DNA from: Macrostomum lignano
Taxonomy: Eukaryota
Reading direction: 5' to 3'
Assembly: GCA_002269645.1 (NCBI GenBank)
Contig: NIVC01000414.1
Span: 496,001 to 560,000 of the forward strand
Length of the DNA stretch: 64,000 nucleotides
Positions 60,505-64,000 of the stretch are shown piece by piece. The stretch's first letter is position 1; each line of letters opens with the position of its first letter. Under the pieces are notes generated by a model. The model was not told the origin of the DNA. It was given only the letters and a program-made list of their open reading frames with translations, and made no database searches. The position numbers and the translations under genes were made by a program.

Positions 60505-63500
60505 CCAATTTTAGTGCTGTTCAATTCAATATGACACCAAAATATGCCAATTAAGCTCAATAATAATTAATTAGGGACTTTTTAGCAATTTAATAATGTA
60601 CAAGTTACAGGCAGGTATAGGGCCTATGCCATGGAAGTATTAAATTTTGATAATAATACAAATTTTGAAATATATAATTTTTTTCACGCTTTAAAAAGAA
60701 CTAACTAGGCTTAGGGGCCTATATATTAAATATTTTTGCTAAAATCACAAGGCCATATGGCATTTATTTTTAGGTCTAAAACCCTAATAATGCCCAATTG
60801 AAAACTAATCTGCTAGGTGCCAAAAAGTATCAATAAAGTCCTTAATTATAAATTAAGTCTTTAAGAAAATTTATATATTTTTAACCTAGAACTTACCTTT
60901 ATAATATTTATGATCTGACTTGAGTCCCATTTATAATTATAGGCCTATTGCTATTTATTATCCATGTTTAAGAAGATGGCCTTTTTCATAGAAAATTCTA
61001 GCACAAAAGGAGGTTGGATGTGTGCTGTGCTGGTGCATTCCAATGCAAAAGTAGGCAAGATAAATCCAGTGCAGTATGGTGCAGGACAAAAAATTGGCAC
61101 AATTTGGTGCAAGAAAAAAACTTTTAATAAAACAATATTTTATCTAACAAAAATGTAGCATGTACAAGTATATAACTTCTTGTTATTAGCACTTTTTGTT
61201 TGCCAATATATTGATGGCTTTTAATTAATTTATGTTAACATTGCATTTTCTATGAAACAGGTTCAAATACAAGTTTTATTGATATTTTTCAAATGGAAAA
61301 TTATTGATTTTTGTTTTTTTTTAAAGTTGCAGTACACAGTACAAATAAACTTATTTGATAGGAATAGTTCAGGCGCATGGCACAAGCAACCTTTTTTGAT
61401 AGGATTCATTCCTATTTTACATACCTAAAGTTCAAGAATTCCCTAGTAATTTTTGTAATTGAATAAATTTTTGCTTTTGTTTTATAATATATTATTAGCT
61501 AATGACTTAGTAAGAATATCATTAAATAAAAAGTTGAGACCTCTTATTGCAATTGATAGTATTATATAGTATAAGCAATACAAAATATATCTATGGCATT
61601 TAATGTTTATTAATTTGATGTTGATCACCTTTTGATTGTTTTTCTTTGGAACTAATCAAAAAGGCAACAGATCAAAAGGGCAATAGCCAACAATTACAAG
61701 TTTATATATATATAGTCTTATATTTTTAAAAATGTACATTTATTAGAATGTAGGCCTATAAGTAGTTAAAATATACTTTTAGACTTGTATTGGTATTCTG
61801 CATACATGTCAATTACTGTAATGCACTAAGGACTACTAAGGCATCTCCTTGGAAATTTCCTTAGAGTTCTCCTTAGAACTCAAGTATCTTGTTTCCAATT
61901 ATTATTGCTTTCAATAGATGCCAGACTCAATGTTCATCATTTGCTATGTTCTGCCTTCTTTTTAGCTCTATTGATATTCATTAAGCTTTTTAACTAGTCA
62001 GCTAAGAATCATATAGTAGATCACACATTTAATATTGCTAGGCCTACTCATACATTTTAACACTAAAGTCTGATACATGTAGACTTGTAATTCTAATTAA
62101 TATATTATGACAGTTACCTTTTTGACTGTTACTTTTCTGATCTGCAGTTGCCTTTTTTAACAATTATATTTTTTCTTTCTTTTTTATATCTTCTTTTCCT
62201 TTTTCTTTTTTTCCTTTTTTGCTTTTCTCCCATTCCCTATCTCTTCTCATCCTTATTGTAGCCAAGGTCTAAATCATACTAGATTGCCCTTTCTTCTATC
62301 AGACTGCACCTGCCACTGCAAGGGCCAATCCATGCCAGATAATATTGCTATCTATGATAATGGCCATTGGCTATGATAGGAATTTTTCCCTTTTCTTTCT
62401 ATGATCCCCTTTTCTTTTTTTACTTTCCTTTTTCCTTCTTTTTTATTTCTTCTTCTTATTCTATCCCTTCATCTCTCATCTCTCCTATTTCCTCTTATTT
62501 TTCCCCTCTTTCCCTCTTTTCTCTTCCCTTTCACATCTATCTCTACTCTTATATTATCCCTTTCTTTTATATATAATCTTGTAATGTTTAAACAACTAAA
62601 GAAATAAATTTTCCAAATCTTAACAAGATCTGTGAGAGTGATGGCTTGCTTATCAGTTGGTTCCCAAGAAGATTGAAACAACAAAAGATTTCTATTTTTT
62701 ATAATTTAGCATTCTTTTATAGTGGCAAACACTAGGTAGTTTATTTGTTTGTTTTATTTATTTCAACTTTAGCCCTCATTATCCCAACTAGGTCTATAAG
62801 AATTACCTGCAGACAAATTGCCCACTAAGCTTTTCTAGTTGAGATTTGCCTATAAATGAATTGTTTGCCAAGTTTTTCTCACTAGGGTTTGCCTGCAATG
62901 CTTGCCATAGTGCATTTTTCCAGGAAGCAGATTTTGTTTATGTTGCCTCCTAATGCCTAAATAGGGCTAAATCTTTATAAGTAGATTTTTGGGACAAAGT
63001 AACATGACATATACTTTAATTAATAGCTTGCCAATATACTTTTGGATATATATAGAAATGAAAACTTACAAAAATGCATTGGATATGCTATTGTTATTAA
63101 TATGTTGTGATTGGACAAATCCCTTTTTTGAAGACTAGGCCCTAATTAAGCATAGGAGGGGCAATGCAGACAATATTTGTTATTTGGCTAAATCTTTTAC
63201 AAGAAAAAAGCATTGCAGGAAAACTTGGCAGGCATTTTGCTTCTAAACAAAATTCATCATAAGTAAATCTTGACAGAAAAAGCTAAATAAGAAATTTTTT
63301 AAGGCAATTCTCATGATCTCATCTTAACTACAATGGTTATATAGCATTAGAATCTCTTTTGTTAAAGCCCCAATCCTATGGACTTAAGAGCTCCCTTTGC
63401 ATTGAAAGTGAAAATATTAATCTTACTATAATTGAAGCCCCTATTATCCTAACAACAACATGTGACATCAAAAATCTTATTGCTTGAGTCCCTAACTAAC

Positions 63501-64000
63501 TAATCCTAGGCTGAGTCTGGGTTCCTCTTGCCCTTTGTGCCCTTCCCTAACCCATTGGCTTGGCCCTTATATCCAAAATTGTTTAGAGCTCTATAGTGAA
63601 AAAGCCTTGAGGCTTGCAGCCTTATAGGAAGGTTTCTATAGCATCTTTACCTCTTGATAAGCCCTATAGGAAAAAAGTTGTAAAACTGCAGATGGTGTCC
63701 AGTGCACTTTTGAAAATTTTCTAAAGTATAGCGCAAGCATAGGCATATAGCACCTACATGTGTACTGCATTGCCCATGTGCACTGGCATATACACTTGTA
63801 ATTTATAATGCTTAGACATATTCCAAAATTTGAATTTCAATTTTCCTAAATTAGGAATTTTTAAGAGCAAATTTTGATTTAAAAAATTAAAAGGTCAAAA
63901 TTTTGGAATTGTCTAAAAAGTGGCCAAAAATAAACTAATTTCTGCTACATATACATGTATTTCATTTTGCATTAGCAGTAAATCAAAAGTAAAAAAGTCA
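60505..64000. other. AT-rich, almost CpG-free block
   Basis: Only 3 CG dinucleotides (~60687, ~61374, ~63732) were found in ~3.5 kb by manual scan. Confidence 0.85.

Noticed and set aside
60950-61100. Minus-strand FCARIFYEKGHLLKH resembling a C2H2 finger
   Set aside because: The first Cys is missing, there is no supporting exon context, and the block is heavily mutated.

Overview
Eukaryotic, animal-type and highly repetitive DNA; not prokaryotic. Evidence: spliceosomal introns, TTAGGG tracts, a Helitron and non-LTR retrotransposon fragments. No rRNA, intact tRNA or CRISPR was found. About 48 kb (5339-~53460) is Helitron-derived and lies on the minus strand. Its core (16148-~53128) is a head-to-tail concatemer of 16 units. 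Each unit starts with a TC-type 5' end followed by a (TGTC/TTTG)n microsatellite and ends in a 7-bp hairpin plus CTCG. Fifteen units are non-coding (1.2-3.1 kb) and each carries one interstitial (TTAGGG)2-8 tract. One unit (34897-43663) is an apparently autonomous Helitron. Its hand-spliced 9-exon ORF is intact: 1637 aa with STPR-like 23-aa repeats, a Zn motif, a HUH Rep domain and a PIF1 helicase, including one GC-AG intron. This unit has no TTAGGG tract. The repeat mass is bracketed by two intronless paralogues encoding secreted PAN/Apple-like + LamG/ConA-like proteins (3888-4934 and 55433-56497). Also present: two internally deleted Tc1/IS630-like TIR elements, three RTE-like retrotransposon fragments, many mini- and microsatellites, a perfect 43-bp hairpin, and a sharply bounded, almost CpG-free 3.5-kb block at the right end. 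All alignments, counts and splicing were done by eye; approximate coordinates are marked ~.
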